NCBI GenBank assembly: GCA_037447605.1
Contig: CM074815.1
Coordinates: 1,302,001 to 1,366,000 of the forward strand
Origin: Zygnema circumcarinatum SAG 698-1b
Taxonomy: Eukaryota > Plantae > Zygnematophyceae
Direction: 5' to 3'
DNA length: 64,000 nt
Shown here one piece after another: positions 27,217-40,899 of the stretch. The notes beneath the pieces were generated by a model. It was given only the letters and a program-made list of their open reading frames with translations. It did not search any database and was not told the origin of the DNA. The first letter of the stretch is position 1. Every line of letters starts with the position of its first letter. The translations under genes and the position numbers were made by a program.

Positions 27217-30200
27217 ATGGCGACCATGGATCCCCAGTCGCGGAATGGAGTGGTGCTGTGTGCCATGTGCAAGAGCATTGACACGAGCGGCCACACAAAG
27301 ACCTTTGCTCACGCCTATGATCGGCAGAAAGGAGAGGCAGCGCTGAAGTCGCGGGTGCTCAATGTGCTCCTGGTTTCGGGAGACTGCTTCTTCATCGCTA
27401 TGCAGGTGCTAAGGCCTGTTCGTTATCTCGTTATCACCCGCAAGTCACATCGCATTTAGAACAGGAAAAGTCCATTTGCAGATTGCTGAACATGTAGACT
27501 GAACGCCATGCAAGTTAAGAGTGTTCAAAGGAGCACGGGGGAGTTCACGGTTAATCTGTAGGCAGCAGAAATCTGAAACGCTATTCAGAATATTCAGATG
27601 GATGTGCTCGAACTGAACGAATCTGGAAGCCCTAATTCTCGAAATGCTGTTTAAGCTGGGCTTTTGTAGACTGACGAGCTGCTTGTTCGTACCTGCGGGA
27701 TAATTGCAGCCTATTCTGGTGTACATGTCAAAAGTTGATGGCAAGTTTCTTTTCAACCCCGTGAGCGTGAATCTCCTCACTGAACTATGCAAGATGGTCT
27801 TCGCCGTTGGAATGCTTTTCATTCAGGTCTATAATCTTCAACCTTTGTCCAGGCATTCTATTCTGTGAAGAGCTGTTCTTGCGATTAGTGAATGGTGCAT
27901 GCCACTTTTTCGGAGAACGCTCTACTCTCTCAATTTCGACGAAGTTTGTGCATCCAATCACCTAGCTGTGGCATTCTACTTGAGTGTAACATGTACCTTC
28001 TATTGGATATTTCAGGCAAGGAAGCAGGCGCCTGGGGAGAAATCTTTGTTATCCTCGTCCGTAATTTTTAAGGTGAAGTTAAGTCAGGCTGACTATTATG
28101 CTTAGTGCTCTCCGGTTCGTGTAGAGTCCGTGTGACTGAGGGAAGGGCTTAAGTGTGAGTTAGCCTTGCGGATTTTGGTAGGCAATGCTGCTTAATGCTC
28201 CACTACCTGGTGAAATGAAGGCGTTCGTGTACGAACGCAACTATTTCGTGTCCTTCAGGGTTAATTTTATCCTGCTCTAATCATGTTTTGAAGAGTCGAC
28301 ATCGAGGTGCCAAACACTTTCGATGAAAAACTTTGCGATTTTTATCGTTGAAATGGCTTCGCTGTTATCTGACATAGGGTAGGTTAAGCTATTCTGACCG
28401 AAAGGGTGGGGTTGGCAGGCAGCAAAGGCGAATATCCTTCTGGCAGTGCCCTCTTGTCTTTACACTATCAACAACTACCTCAAATTCATTATGCAGGTAT
28501 TAGAGAGGGGGTTTTCCTTTTGAGATTTGCTGTGCTTATGGTTGCCTCGCAAACTTTGCATCTTTCACTTTGACTATGCAAAGTCCTTCGCAAAGTCCTG
28601 AAGGGATTGCATGTTGGCTCATTCATGCATTGGACAGATGAAGACAAGCACAAGGGTCCATAAGCTTTTTGAGACTCCTAAGCCACCATAGAAGCCTCGT
28701 TTTCCTATGCACTTATTCAGAGGCAATACTGGTGGGGGCAAAACAGACAGCAAGCATGATTGCAGTTTATGTAACTGGTCTCGAGCTTAAAGTATCATAA
28801 TAGAAAATCTATTGGGATGGATGCAACACAGTAAGTAGAGGAGAGTATTCTGTTTACGACAGCTCTGAATTAACAGTTAACAGACTTCTTGTCTGACATT
28901 TCCATATCTGCCTTACATGTGGCTCGTACTTATTCATTAAGTGCAATATGTACTGCTTTTTTGACATTATATACAGAGTTTTCAAGTCAGCATTCTTGAT
29001 TTGTCGTGTGGTTTTTTCACTAAGTTTTCATCTCCTCACTCTCTACACCCCCTTCTGGGTTAGCGAGTTGTTGATCCTTTTCTTAGGCCGCGATTGAACG
29101 TTAGTAATCTTTGGCGATGTGCTCTCTGGGCAGTTGTATTTCAAGCCAGCGACAGTGAAGATGCTCAGCAACCTGAAGGTGAATCTTGCATTCCTTGTCA
29201 GTTTACATTGCCGTCGGAAAAGAAAAGTTTGTCTTCGATAGTGGCATTTTAGTGTGCCAATCGTAGGATTTGGTTAGGGGTTTCAGTATGGCTCCGCAAA
29301 ATTTGTATAACATTAGTGTATGTTCACAGAGCAGACTGCGATTGTGATTTACTGCAAGTCAGTGCAAGCTATTTCTCTTATTTTCAGCATTGATTAGAAT
29401 TTTAGTTTGGCAAAGGGCAGTTTTAGCCTGGAAACATGAAGAGTATTATAACAGCAGATGGGAACAGGCACAGCTGCAAGCTGCATTCTCACTTCCGGCT
29501 TAATATTGTGGTGGATGGGGGCTCTCATCGGCAGGTCCTCACAATTGCTTTCCTCCTAAAGTTTATTATGAAACGGCAATTCAGTCTATTGCAGGTAACG
29601 TGCACTTTCTATGTCCTCCTATAAATGTAGCAACAGTAAACCCAGAAGTAACAAAGGCATTTTTTTTCAGTGTACCAGCTGAAAGATTCACGGAATCACA
29701 TACATAGTATAGTATAGTTGCATATGCAACAATGTTGATCAGGGCATTTATTGCAGGGCTAAGGCCCTCAGGGATGAATTACCTTTGTGCAGTGGGAGGC
29801 GCTTTTTCTCCTCCTTGTCGGCATCAGCATCAACCAGTTGCCATGTGGACCTAATGGAAGTGAAGCCCTCTCCGTATCAGCTATGGCGTGGTTCTGCACA
29901 TTCCTTTCAGTATGTTTGCTGCACCTCTCCAGCTGCCACTGTATTCAAGTTAGTGGTGCATTTTAGGAATGCTAGTGGGACGACGAGGGACATAACTGAA
30001 GGATTACAGTAGTGAATGTGGTGTGTGTGTGTTTGAGTCGCGGAAAAGCTCGTTGCAACGGAGTGTTCCATGTCAGAAGTCACTGCAAAGCATTTACGTA
30101 ACCTGATTTTTTCTTACATGTAAATCTTCTGTTTTCAGATGGATAGTGTGGGAGGAGACTTGCTCATATACTAAGCTGTAGAAAGCTGCATTTTAGTAGG

Positions 30201-32286
30201 ATTTGTTTCAGAACCATAAACAGAGCAAAGTTTGTCAGTAGTGACTTTGGCACGGGTTGGCATGGGTGGGGGGGGTCAACTATATAAAGAAATCATCAGT
30301 CATATTGCACTGCGTGGCATGGTATTACATGTGATTCAGCAATGCAGTAACAAGTCAGCGATTAGTGGGAGCAGGTGACTATCCCCTCAACTGCTTCAGT
30401 CTACAATGAATTGGCTCTCAAGAGCCAATTTGAGACAAGCGTGCACCTTCAGGTATGCTTCTTTTCATTCACATCAAAAAAGCATCTTGCCTTGGCTTCT
30501 TGTCAAGTTAGGTGTGGGTCCAAAGGTGCTTTTGGCCTCTTAATTGATAGTGGGAGGAGGCATGATGTGGAATCGGAGAGGAAGAGGCGAAGACAGAGAG
30601 CAGCCTCACGCTTTTGCTGTTGCTAGAGGCTGCGCCCTTTCTGCCACAGCAGTGATTTCCTGACTGTGGATAAGTTGACTGTCGTGCAGAACCTCTTCAT
30701 GTATTGCTATGGCGCGGCTTTCAACTTGCTCTTTATCCTCTTACTCAGGCTCGTCCAGAGTGAGTGAGCCTCTTATTATCAAAGACGTCTCTGGTTGTAG
30801 AAGAATTTTGGCATCCGGCGAGTAATGTACAAGCTCGTTATGTTCAGTATTTGATATAGGTCTGCTGCCCGGTCTGGGTGGAGCAGCAGGGGGAATTGAC
30901 AAAGGGAGGAGCGGCTTGGGAGAGGACCGGTTGACGCAGGGGACAAGGGACTTGACCTCTTTAGTGGGCACTCGTGGGCCACCATGTTTCTCATCGCCAA
31001 CAACGCCATGCAGGGCATCCTCTCCTCATTCTTCTTCAAGTATGCTGGTGAGAATCTTATTCATGTAAGACCACTATAATATAGATGAATTACTGGAGGA
31101 CAGATGGACCACAGGAATGTTCTCATGTGGGCCATTTTCAGAACATAAGTGAGGGACAAACTGCCGCCACGAGAACTGGTTTGTCTTCCAGGCAGATGCT
31201 GTGTCTAGGCAGGGACTGGTCTATCTCCTCCACTTTCTGGATGTACCAGCACACCCGGGCTATTTGAGGTCGAGTAGTTTCTTTGTGTTGATCACTTTTT
31301 TTCGCTACAGGGGAGAGCTGGCATGCTGACACTCGTGAATTCCTTGCAGATACCATCCTCAAGAAATACTCATCGACAGTGGCGACCATCTTCACCGGCT
31401 TGGCTTCGGCCGCCCTCTTTGGCCATCAAATAACCGTCACTTTTGTTCTCGGTGTGTCTGTGGTGCTGATCTCAATGCACCAGGTACCATTCCACCTGTC
31501 TTTGGTGCCTTTTTGATCCCTCTATCCTTACCATAACCGTTTTCCTGTCTTGACAACGTGTCTCTTGTTTGACTAATGATGCACAATGAATAAGGCTTGT
31601 TTCCTCATCCTTTTTTCTTGTCTGAAACGCTTGCAAGCCTGCTTGCTTGCCTGTTGGGATTTTTGAAGCGGATTTTCTTACGTTGAAATCTTTTGTATGC
31701 TGTGTTGCGTGCAGTTCTTTTCTGCTGCAGCGCAGCCCAAGAACGCGCCTAATCATGACGGCTACAGTCCAATCCAGCAGTCCAATCGGACCAGAAGCAG
31801 GTGCGCTCTCTTTCAACATCTGCAAGTTTTTGGGAACTAAAGTTGTGAATTGAATGGAAGTGAGAGAGGAGGCATGTTATTGACCTGTTTGAATGACGTC
31901 CAGCTGGCGCTCCATCGCGTCACTGATGGGACCCGAGTACCCTTTCTTGTTCTGAATCCCTCGAAGCCGATGCCGTTTTTACACATTGGGAGTTGTAGTA
32001 AATGTGGGTTTCTTCATGGCTCATGTGCAGGACTCTTCAAAAGGATTCATCTTTGCTGAATCTGACAGCTGGAGCTGTTGAGGAGGTAATTCTGACAAAT
32101 CCTGACATCAAAAGAAGAACATCGTTAAAGATGTGGCATGATGATGAGAATGTTTTTTTTTAAACTTCCCCATGTGGGTTTAGTTGTGTAAGCTTTACTC
32201 TTGCTCACTGGCGTTGGGTAGGCTTTTTTCTTCAGGTGAACCATGTCAGAAGAAGCAGTGAAAGTGAGCCCTTTCTACCGCGATAG
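27217..32286 (+). CDS. Nucleotide-sugar transporter, CMP-sialic acid transporter-like (SLC35A family; plant CSTLP/UTR6 type), multi-exon
   Basis: Spliced segments [116 protein letters not shown] and [26 protein letters not shown]. Probable last exon ESEPFLPR-stop at 32284-86 (end less certain). Confidence 0.9.
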
Positions 32287-33770
32287 GAAGAAACTTTCCG
32301 ACATCGCAGCTATGCACCGGAGTCATCGTGCACCGTCATACTCTTTTGTACATTCAAAGGCTTTCACTGCCCCGCGCCCTTATCTGGTGAAGTAGCAGCT
32401 GCATAAATGTTTGTGTGATGTGAAGTGGCAGCGGTGACGTACTGAGAAGCTTCTCGGATGGTTTTGAAGTCCTGCAAAGGACAGCTCAGTTAAGCCAAAA
32501 GGTGGTCGGAAAGTGGTCGATGGTCGACTGACAGTGCTTTACAAATGGAGAACAAACTCTGTTTCTGTTTTGCAAAAAGGAAAGAAAAAAAAAAACGATT
32601 TTCGGCTTTTGACAGTGGTAGTTTCGACTTCAAATAGAAGTCTACACTTTGAAATTTTTTACATTCATTTGTTCCCGTCAGGATCTTCAACTCTGGCGGA
32701 CTTTGACTTATGACGTATAAATGGTGCTTTTTTTCTGAAGAGGGTGTGCGATATGTGGCCTGTGAGTGAATGGCATTGCGGCATGTGCCCCGCTCTTTTC
32801 GCATGCATATGGTCTTTTTATCAGTCTGCTTCCCCATACCTCGAGGGTCAATATCATGACATATGAATACTATGACATGTGTTTTAAGTGACAATTTGTG
32901 CAAAAGTGGAATGTTCTCTCAACTGCTCCCCAGTGCCCTTGCAATTTCAGCCCCTCCACGCCCTCCCCGCCGGCCTTAACCGCCTCCCTGAGTCGCCTTC
33001 CTCTGTAGCCTCAAACTAAACCCCAAATCGATGGCTCGTCTATTGCCGGTACCGGTACTGCACTATAGAAAATACCAATGTCGGAGACACCTCGATAAAG
33101 TTACACGCTTTTATTGACAAGAAGAGGTTTCATGACTTTACACTCCCAAAGACCAAACTTTCCATACAACTACAATATACGACAAATAACGTACGGTCCA
33201 TGTACGGATTAGCCGAACGTGCCAACACGCGGCTTTAACCGTACACTTTATTTGTACAGTAGGACCCCATCATATTTTCCACCTGGTTTTAGCAAATATC
33301 CGGCGAAAATATTGTTTTTGGCAAACATCAGGTCTGTGTTACCAATAGGCGAGCGAAATTATGTTAGAGTTCATGTATAATCGTACGTATCGTACCGTAT
33401 CATATCGTACCGTACCATACTGTAACGTTTAGCATCGGCTACTACAGCTCGTACGGCTAGTACGGATAGAACCGTATCGGGGCGTTTCGTATCGTATCGT
33501 ATCGTATCAAAGCCAAGAAGGAGTGAAGAGCGAGCGCCTCTTACGGCGGCACGTGCGGGGAGATTAGGTGAGTTTTGCGTAAGCCCGTGACGGCTAGTAC
33601 AGCTAGTACGGCTAGTACGGCTAGTACGAATAGTATGGATACAGTACAGGGGGTCCTCGTCATATTTTCCACCATCAACAGTGCGTCACCAATAAATTCG
33701 CACCGATTTTGCCGAAACCACCATTTTGTACGGTAACCTCGTGTTAGCCGTACTATTCGTACTGTCCGTA

Positions 33771-33818
33771 CCCTAAAAACCCTAAAAGCCCTAAAAACCC
33801 TCAAAACCCTCAAAACCC
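33771..33818. repeat. Telomere-like 9-bp tandem repeat (CCCTAAAAA/CCCTCAAAA x5)
   Basis: ccctaaaaa ccctaaaag ccctaaaaa ccctcaaaa ccctcaaaa ccc, in the centre of the foldback MITE. Confidence 0.8.
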
Positions 33819-34052
33819 GTACTATTCGTACTAGCCGTACTAGCCGTAATAGCTGTACTAGCCGTTACGGGCTTACGCAAAACTCACGTAATCTCCCCGC
33901 ACTTGCCACCGTAAGAGGCGCTCGCTCTTCTCCCCTCCTTTTTGGTTCCAAAATATTCGATGATTTCCGATACGGTACTATCCGTACTAGCAGTACGAGC
34001 TGGAGTAGCCGATACGGTACGATGCGGTACGATATGATATCAAACGATACGA

Positions 34053-37000
34053 TGTTGGTGTGAGGGGGCAGAAGGAGAGACTAGTGGAAGGATAAAACAT
34101 GCTTGAGTGAAACTCCAAAACCTCTTCCACTTCTACTTAGTCCACATACCGCTTCCGCCACGATATGCCTTCTCTTCCTCCCCTCACCAGGTGCGCACAG
34201 CGGATAACAAAACGCGTCACCTACAAGAACACTTCTTCATCTCCTCCATGGTCTTGGCTCCTTCAGCTCCACGCTCCTCCAATAGTCTCCACGTGTGATG
34301 CGACACACCGCCCATACAATGTTCGCCTCCACCCATTCATCACTCCAATCCAACACAAGGACTCACATGTGACAAATGACACAAGTATAAGGAGAAAGCC
34401 CTCGGCCCTAAAACTCCTTAACATTCATAGGTGTAATACAAGCTCTCTTAGGAAATCTACATATAACCTTATGCCCGATTCTCCTCCTCTCATGAGCACT
34501 ACCCTATCCTCTGATAGATAGCTTACACCCCAACTGTAGTAGCTAAGCACTATATGCTTGCTGGAACTTCTCCTCTACCTCAACACGAGAGGGACACATC
34601 TCTAACTCTTTCACTAGAGTTAACCATGATGAGAGACAGTTCTTTCACGACCCCCTACACAAGGCCGGACTCCTCAAGGCCTCAGCCTCTGCCTACTCTT
34701 CCTAACACGAAGGTTGAGCAGCATAACGTTCAGAGTGAGTATGAGCGAGTAAGTAGGGAGCCAAGCTTGCNNNNNNNNNNTGTGCAATCCTCGCACATCA
34801 TAATCTCCTTGAGCGTAGTTGACACCTTGTCAACAATGTGGTGGGAACCTTCAACCTCTGAACTCTACAACGAGTCATCCTCCAAGGTGAACCTGAGAAG
34901 TCCCATCTTCTCCTCCCAACTCACATATCCATGAAGACAACTTCTCCATATGCCGCTCACCCCCTCATAAACATGAGGTCGTTCATATCTGTCCCATGAA
35001 TCCTCCTTGTGGTACTCTCGCCACTTGTTGTAGGCCTCCTCCCAAATGAAGTACCGCCTTCACCAACAACTTCCTCTACACGATCCTGGGACCTCACAGT
35101 ATGAACTCACATGTCCCCCATGGACATTCTCTACTCACATGTCCCCCATGGACAATCTCTCCTCAGCGCTATCTGCCAAGGTCAAATCTGAACACCTTGC
35201 CTACCCCCTCTTAAGCTAAACAGCCTATCTGTACAAGGCCTGGTCCTCCAAAGCACAACTCTAGCTTCGACATCTCGGCACCCTCTTCTTGTACTCCACC
35301 TTTGGGGTCTCAATTCTGCTCACTTACTCCATCAATGAGCTGGCAAACCGGATGTTCCTCTTCCCCTATCAGGGTCCTACAAACCCTGCTTGACACTTTC
35401 TTCATTGCGTGTCAATTTCTCCAAGAGTGTAATGCTTGCACCTTTCATATGCATCTGAAAAACACCTCACTCTAGCTTAGTGACTTTCTAAGGAATACCA
35501 CGAAGGGAAGTGTACTGCACCATCACCATGATGACATTCTCAACACTTTGCTCGTCACTTGATTCCGTTGACACCAGCCACGCCTTCAAGCGCTCCTTGC
35601 CGCCTCTTGATCTCCATGATCACTTGCAGCTCCTCGAACCTTCAAGTTCGTCGCTTCAACTCTTCAAGACTGCTCAGCCGCCTCTATCATAGCACCTTCT
35701 TCATGTCTCCAATCCCGGAGAGAAGTCATCTGAAGTCAGCATCACCGGTCCATCGTCTAGCTGCTCCTCCGCTAATGATAAGCATGATTGGGCCTATTGG
35801 GCTACCCTTGTAGCATCCTCCTCCAACCAAGTCGCCGAGTCTTACTATCTTCTTCCTTTGAGGGAAACGAAACCTCCCCCTCAAAACTCTATCACACACA
35901 AGGTATGCAAGGTTGCGGTACCTTGCTTAAGAGCGCCATCCCCTCATGAGTGCGATCACACTAGCTCCATGTCGGCGTCTCTTCCCTCCTTGTGACTTCG
36001 GACCTAGGCACCTCTCAAGATCCTAGTCCTTGCAAGCATCTTCAAGCTCTTCTAGCTTAGGTGTCCGAGTTCCTTGATGCCGAGCTCCACAAGCTATCGT
36101 GCAACCGTCCATCGCTGCACCTTCCCCTTTTCGAAGAAGTACAAGCTACTCCGCTCTATCCCATCACGAGGGTCTCCATCTGCATGTGATGTAACTCACA
36201 GCAACCTGCATCTAACTCCACCTGCTTGCCTCCGAAATAAATTCACCTTTTAAGGAAAATTTCAAACAAACTTTTGTGGCCTAAAAGTACTTCACCTTGT
36301 CTTCCACGACAACTGTACGCCACTTCTCCTTCGAGATCCACCAGCTTCTCTTGACTTCTCTTGAGATCAGCAACTCGGCTCCACCTTCGAATAGGTCACT
36401 ATCTTGTTCCCGAGTAAACTAGGCGTGCACTCCCAGCAAACTCTTCAAACAAAGATCAAGTCCACGTCTGGACACACTTGAGCCACCATGCCGTCTCCTT
36501 GGATCCGAAAGATCCCTCCACAAGATAAGCCCTGCAAGTCCATTAGCAATGTGATCTCCTCGAGCTCACGGCTCCAAAATGTCGACTTGGAGTGGAATCC
36601 TCCTTGTCCGACTTCAGCCTTGCCCCTCCTTGAATGGTTGTCAATTCCTTTTGACTCTATCCATTCTACTCCTTTGCTACATCTACTCCTCCGTGAAGTA
36701 GACTCCTCATAGGAAGTTGCGACCTTCCTACCTCCGAATTGATCTCCTCCACTACTCCTTGGGGAATTCCCTAAGAAACTCCTCCCTTGAAGTGAGGGTC
36801 ATGTATACTTAGTGACTATCAATTCCACTAGCTCACCATCCACCAGACTAGTGGGATTTAAGCAATGGTTCTTTGGGCAGCTCTCTCTCCTAGACCCTAG
36901 ATCTTGGGCCTCCTTCACTACAAACGCATTTGAAGTGAACTCTTTCCATCCGTGGCACTCCTTGCCACCCAGCACCTCTCCTAGCCTCTCCCACAACCTA

Positions 37001-39414
37001 TGTGAAGATTCTAGTTCATTAGTCTCTAACTCCAAAGCTAGTCTCTAATCCCAAGAGTGTGCTTGAAGGGTCATCCCCTCCACATACCATGGCAATCTCG
37101 ATATGGCACTGGAGCCCCTCTCCACTTCTCGAAGTGCCGTCAAGTTCTCCTCTCGAATCCTTCGATGAAGCAACTTCGCCTTCGACATATCCGAGCATAC
37201 AAGCTTCCGAAGGGTAAGTCCACCCTTGCTTGTGCGTCCCTCACGCTGCCACCTCCAACTCCGCTGAGTTGGGTCACCTCGAATGTGTGCAACTCAATGC
37301 ACCACCTCCACGCCGCCGGACCTTGACTCCCTTGAGCCAAGTCTCTCAAAACAGCGCCAATTCCAATGTCGTTAATCTAGCCTTCTTTCGCACTCTTTCC
37401 ATCGAGCTGTCAAGACTAGAACTCTAAACGCATTCTCTCCTTCCTGTAGCTTCTCCAAGCTGACTATTTCAGCAACTTGCTTGCTACAAACGAAACCATG
37501 AACGTGACTAAGAGTTTGACCATATCTATCCTCTTGAGTACCTTTGAGCCAACCATTAGGCTCCCCCAAAGAACTATCCCTTTAGCTCTTTCTCTAGTCA
37601 AGGATCTCTCCCTTTGGAACTCATACTCTCAAGGAACTGCATCCCTCACTTCAGTATGCTCCAGGACCCTCACTATCACTTGGCACTCTTCAGGATTTCA
37701 CCCATAAGCTAGGACTGAACCTTAAGCACCCAAATGCTCCAAGACTTTAACCATAAGCTCTGATACCACTTGTTGGTGTGAGGGGGCAGAAGGAGAGACT
37801 AGTGGAAGGATAAAACATGCTTGAGTGAAACTCCAAAACCTCTTCCACTTCTACTTAGTCCACATACCGCTTCCGCCACGATATGCCTTCTCTTCCTCCC
37901 CTCACCAGGTGCGCACAGCGGATAACAAAACGCGTCACCTACAAGAACACTTCTTCATCTCCTCCATGGTCTTGGCTCCTTCAGCTCCACGCTCCTCCAA
38001 TAGTCTCCACGTGTGATGCGACACACCGCCCATACAATGTTCGCCTCCACCCATTCATCACTCCAATCCAACACAAGGACTCACATGTGACAAATGACAC
38101 AAGTATAAGGAGAAAGCCCTCGGCCCTAAAACTCCTTAACATTCATAGGTGTAATACAAGCTCTCTTAGGAAATCTACATATAACCTTATGCCCGATTCT
38201 CCTCCTCTCATGAGCACTACTCTATCCTCTGATAGATAGCTTACACCCCAACTGTAGTAGCTAAGCACTATATGCTTGCTGGAACTTCTCCTCTACCTCA
38301 ACACGAGAGGGACACATCTCTAACTCTTTCACTAGAGTTAACTATGATGAGAGATGTTCTTCATTTACCCCTACACTGGCCGACTCTCAAGGCTCCTCAG
38401 CCTCCCGCCTACTCTTCCTAACACGAAGGTTGAGCAGCATAACGTTCCGAGTGAGTATGAGCGAGTTTGAGTGAGTAAGTAGGGAGCCAAGCTTGCTCCC
38501 TCATATACCATGGCGGCCTTTGTCACGTGACTCCGTCATGTCACGGCCACCCATGCAGCGCCTTGCAAGGGCCTTATCCTGGGATCTTAATCGCGGGGTT
38601 CGGCCGGATCCCTCTTGGCTCACACCGATCCAGCCTCACTCGGCCGATCCAACCTCAGCCTCATCTGATCCGGCCCCGCACCGCATCTATCTGACTCCCT
38701 CACTAACTCAGCTTTCGCATGGGACCCTCGTAGTTTCCACGTGTGGTCGCCACCCACCTAGCCCTAAGCAGGCCTTTACCCCCACGTGACATCGGCGCCT
38801 TCCTCGATTCGCCATCGTCCTCCACATGAGACACAATCGGCCATGCACACCACTCCCCGATTCACCGCGTCGCATTATTCCATGTCGCGCCTTGTCACTT
38901 TCGAATTCGCCGCGTCGTGCCAGCCACGCCACTTCTGACTCCGCCGCCGCTAAAGCCTCAGCACCGGTCACCTCATAATCCGCATCTCCAAAGTAGTACA
39001 TACCTAATTATGAGTCATGTCCCGCTTGATTGCGCCGCTGACCGCACTCCGCTACACCAATCATGTCGCTAGTGCAGATCCGGGCCAAGACTAAAGACCC
39101 TCCTCGCTGGGTCCTAACATTTCCGCTGCCGCTTGTACAGTCGCGCGCCGTCCGTACAGTCGCGCCTCCGCACTACCCACGCGCATCCAGCGCACTCTTT
39201 GGTACGTGTCTCAGCCTAAGCCAGAATCTACGACCCTAGACCTTCCCAAGACCTTTCGTACATTGCCCTAACATTTGGGCATCCCCCATGTTTGGTCCTA
39301 TACCAAACATGACCATTCATGCATGACATTGTCCCTACATCAACACATGATCTCCCGGACAACATTCATGCGAGGAACTAAGTACCAACACCTTGATGTA
39401 CCTATACATCAACA
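34053..39414 (-). mobile_element. Non-coding Copia-type LTR element (LARD), copy 1
   Basis: 5' LTR 37771-39414 (minus: TGTTGATG...CACCAACA). PBS TGGTATCAGAGC at 37757-68. 3' LTR from 34053, truncated by the N join at 34771. Exact 5-bp TSD TACGA at 34048-52 and 39415-19. About 3 kb of interior with no gag/pol motifs. Confidence 0.88.
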
Positions 39415-40097
39415 TACGATACGGTACGTACGAATATACATGAACACTGACATAAATCCGCTCGCCTATTGGTAACACGGACCTTCTATTTGCCAAAAAC
39501 AATATTTTAAGCCCGGTATTTCTTTGAAACCCGATTTGGAAAATATAGCCCGAAGATCACTGTAGCACAAGATAAGTGGGGTTAAGAAGAAGACTGCCGA
39601 AGCTACTTGCGAGGTCTTTATACTGACCCTTTCCTTGGCGTCCGTCTTCGAAACTAATGAAGGGGTTGGGTTGGTCTTTCGTGGAGTGCACTGTGACATA
39701 GAGCGAGATCCGGGAGATTCGGAGAATGCCTTACGTATGAAGGCGTAGGGATCGAAGATGTTATATTTGGACTCGATCGCGCAAAGGAGGGCTCTTCCTT
39801 GGGGACTCTCCTCCCCTGTCCTCTTCTCGGCTAGTCTCTTAGCTACGCTTCTAGTTATCATTGGTCATTAGGAGGAATGTAAGGCAGGATAGAACAAGAT
39901 GGTAGCTTGGCATAGTGACAGCAAAGGGAAAACATGACTCAACTTAGATAAAGGTTGTATTTTACGGAAGGAAGTCACCCGGCCAGTGGTTGGTAGGGAT
40001 AGTCATTCTGATAAGAAAGGATCTTCTCAGCGAAATCTTTGTCTAGGTGGAATTTTGAATGGGACGTCCTAAATGCTATACGGCAAAGAAGACTCTT

Positions 40098-40128
<31 letters not shown>

Positions 40129-40899
40129 GGCATGGAACTCTCTCTCTCTCTCACATAGCATGCGATTTAACGGGCGAAAGAGGAAAGAAGAGAAGAACAA
40201 GACAACAAACCACCACGGCAAATACAAATACTAAGCCCGGCTAAAAGACAAACTAGCATCAGCTGACATCCCATCTACTTCTAAAAGCTGTTATGCAATC
40301 TTGAGTCTTAGTAGGGCGGTCTCGATTGGCCAAGCGCTTGTGAGAGGCCTGGCTGACTCGTGGAGACCACGATAGGTCAACAAACGACAATCGGCGGCAT
40401 TATGCGGCTTCGAGGTGCGCCTTGCTGGATGGTGTCTTGGTTAGGTAGGCGTAGCGCATGGCGCCGCCTTCTCTCAATCTCCGTTAGCGGCTCACGGATT
40501 CCGTTGTCAGTGACCGCGGAAGAGGCATATGTCAAGTACAATTGAGCCCAGCCTTGGTCAGGTCAAAAAGCAGCGGCTCGTTCACGCTACATACGTAGCA
40601 CATGCTTGGGGAAAACAGCGCCTTGCGCCCTGGCGAGCGCAATGAGAAAAAGAACAAGGCATGGAAGGAGCCAATATGATGGCGTGGGCGAGGGGGCAGC
40701 GTGAGGCGAGAGTCGGCGGCGATAATGGAAGCTTCGGCGTACATTGCGGCAATGGGGGTGTCGGAGGAACCCGTGTCGGAAGAGGCGGCGGTGGCAATAT
40801 TGAAGCGAAGGGGCAAAAGTGATGGGCCGGGAAGTGCGAGAATTGGCGCTGAGATAGAAATAGACCAATGAGGGCGTCATGGCCGAGGGGGTGAGGAGG

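Larger units (their letters stand above)
33257..39562. mobile_element. Foldback MITE, Tc1/mariner-like (TA...CAGT termini), ~945 bp net, split by the LARD insertion
   Basis: TA at 33255-56 then CAGT; CACTG ends at 39562, then TA. 33270-33400 is the inverse of 39415-39545, and 33390-33640 is the inverse of 33820-34052. Contains CGTAT and GCTAGTACG subterminal repeats. The outermost ~12 bp of the two ends match poorly. Confidence 0.65.

Noticed and set aside
30760-30945. Apparent Gly-rich insertion in the transporter
   Set aside because: It can be spliced out as a GT-AG intron ending GACGCAG, which restores the canonical length (...[18 protein letters not shown]).
33390-33640. Short regularly repeated units resembling a CRISPR array
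   Set aside because: These are 5-10 bp tandem units without unique spacers, in a eukaryotic MITE arm, with no cas genes.
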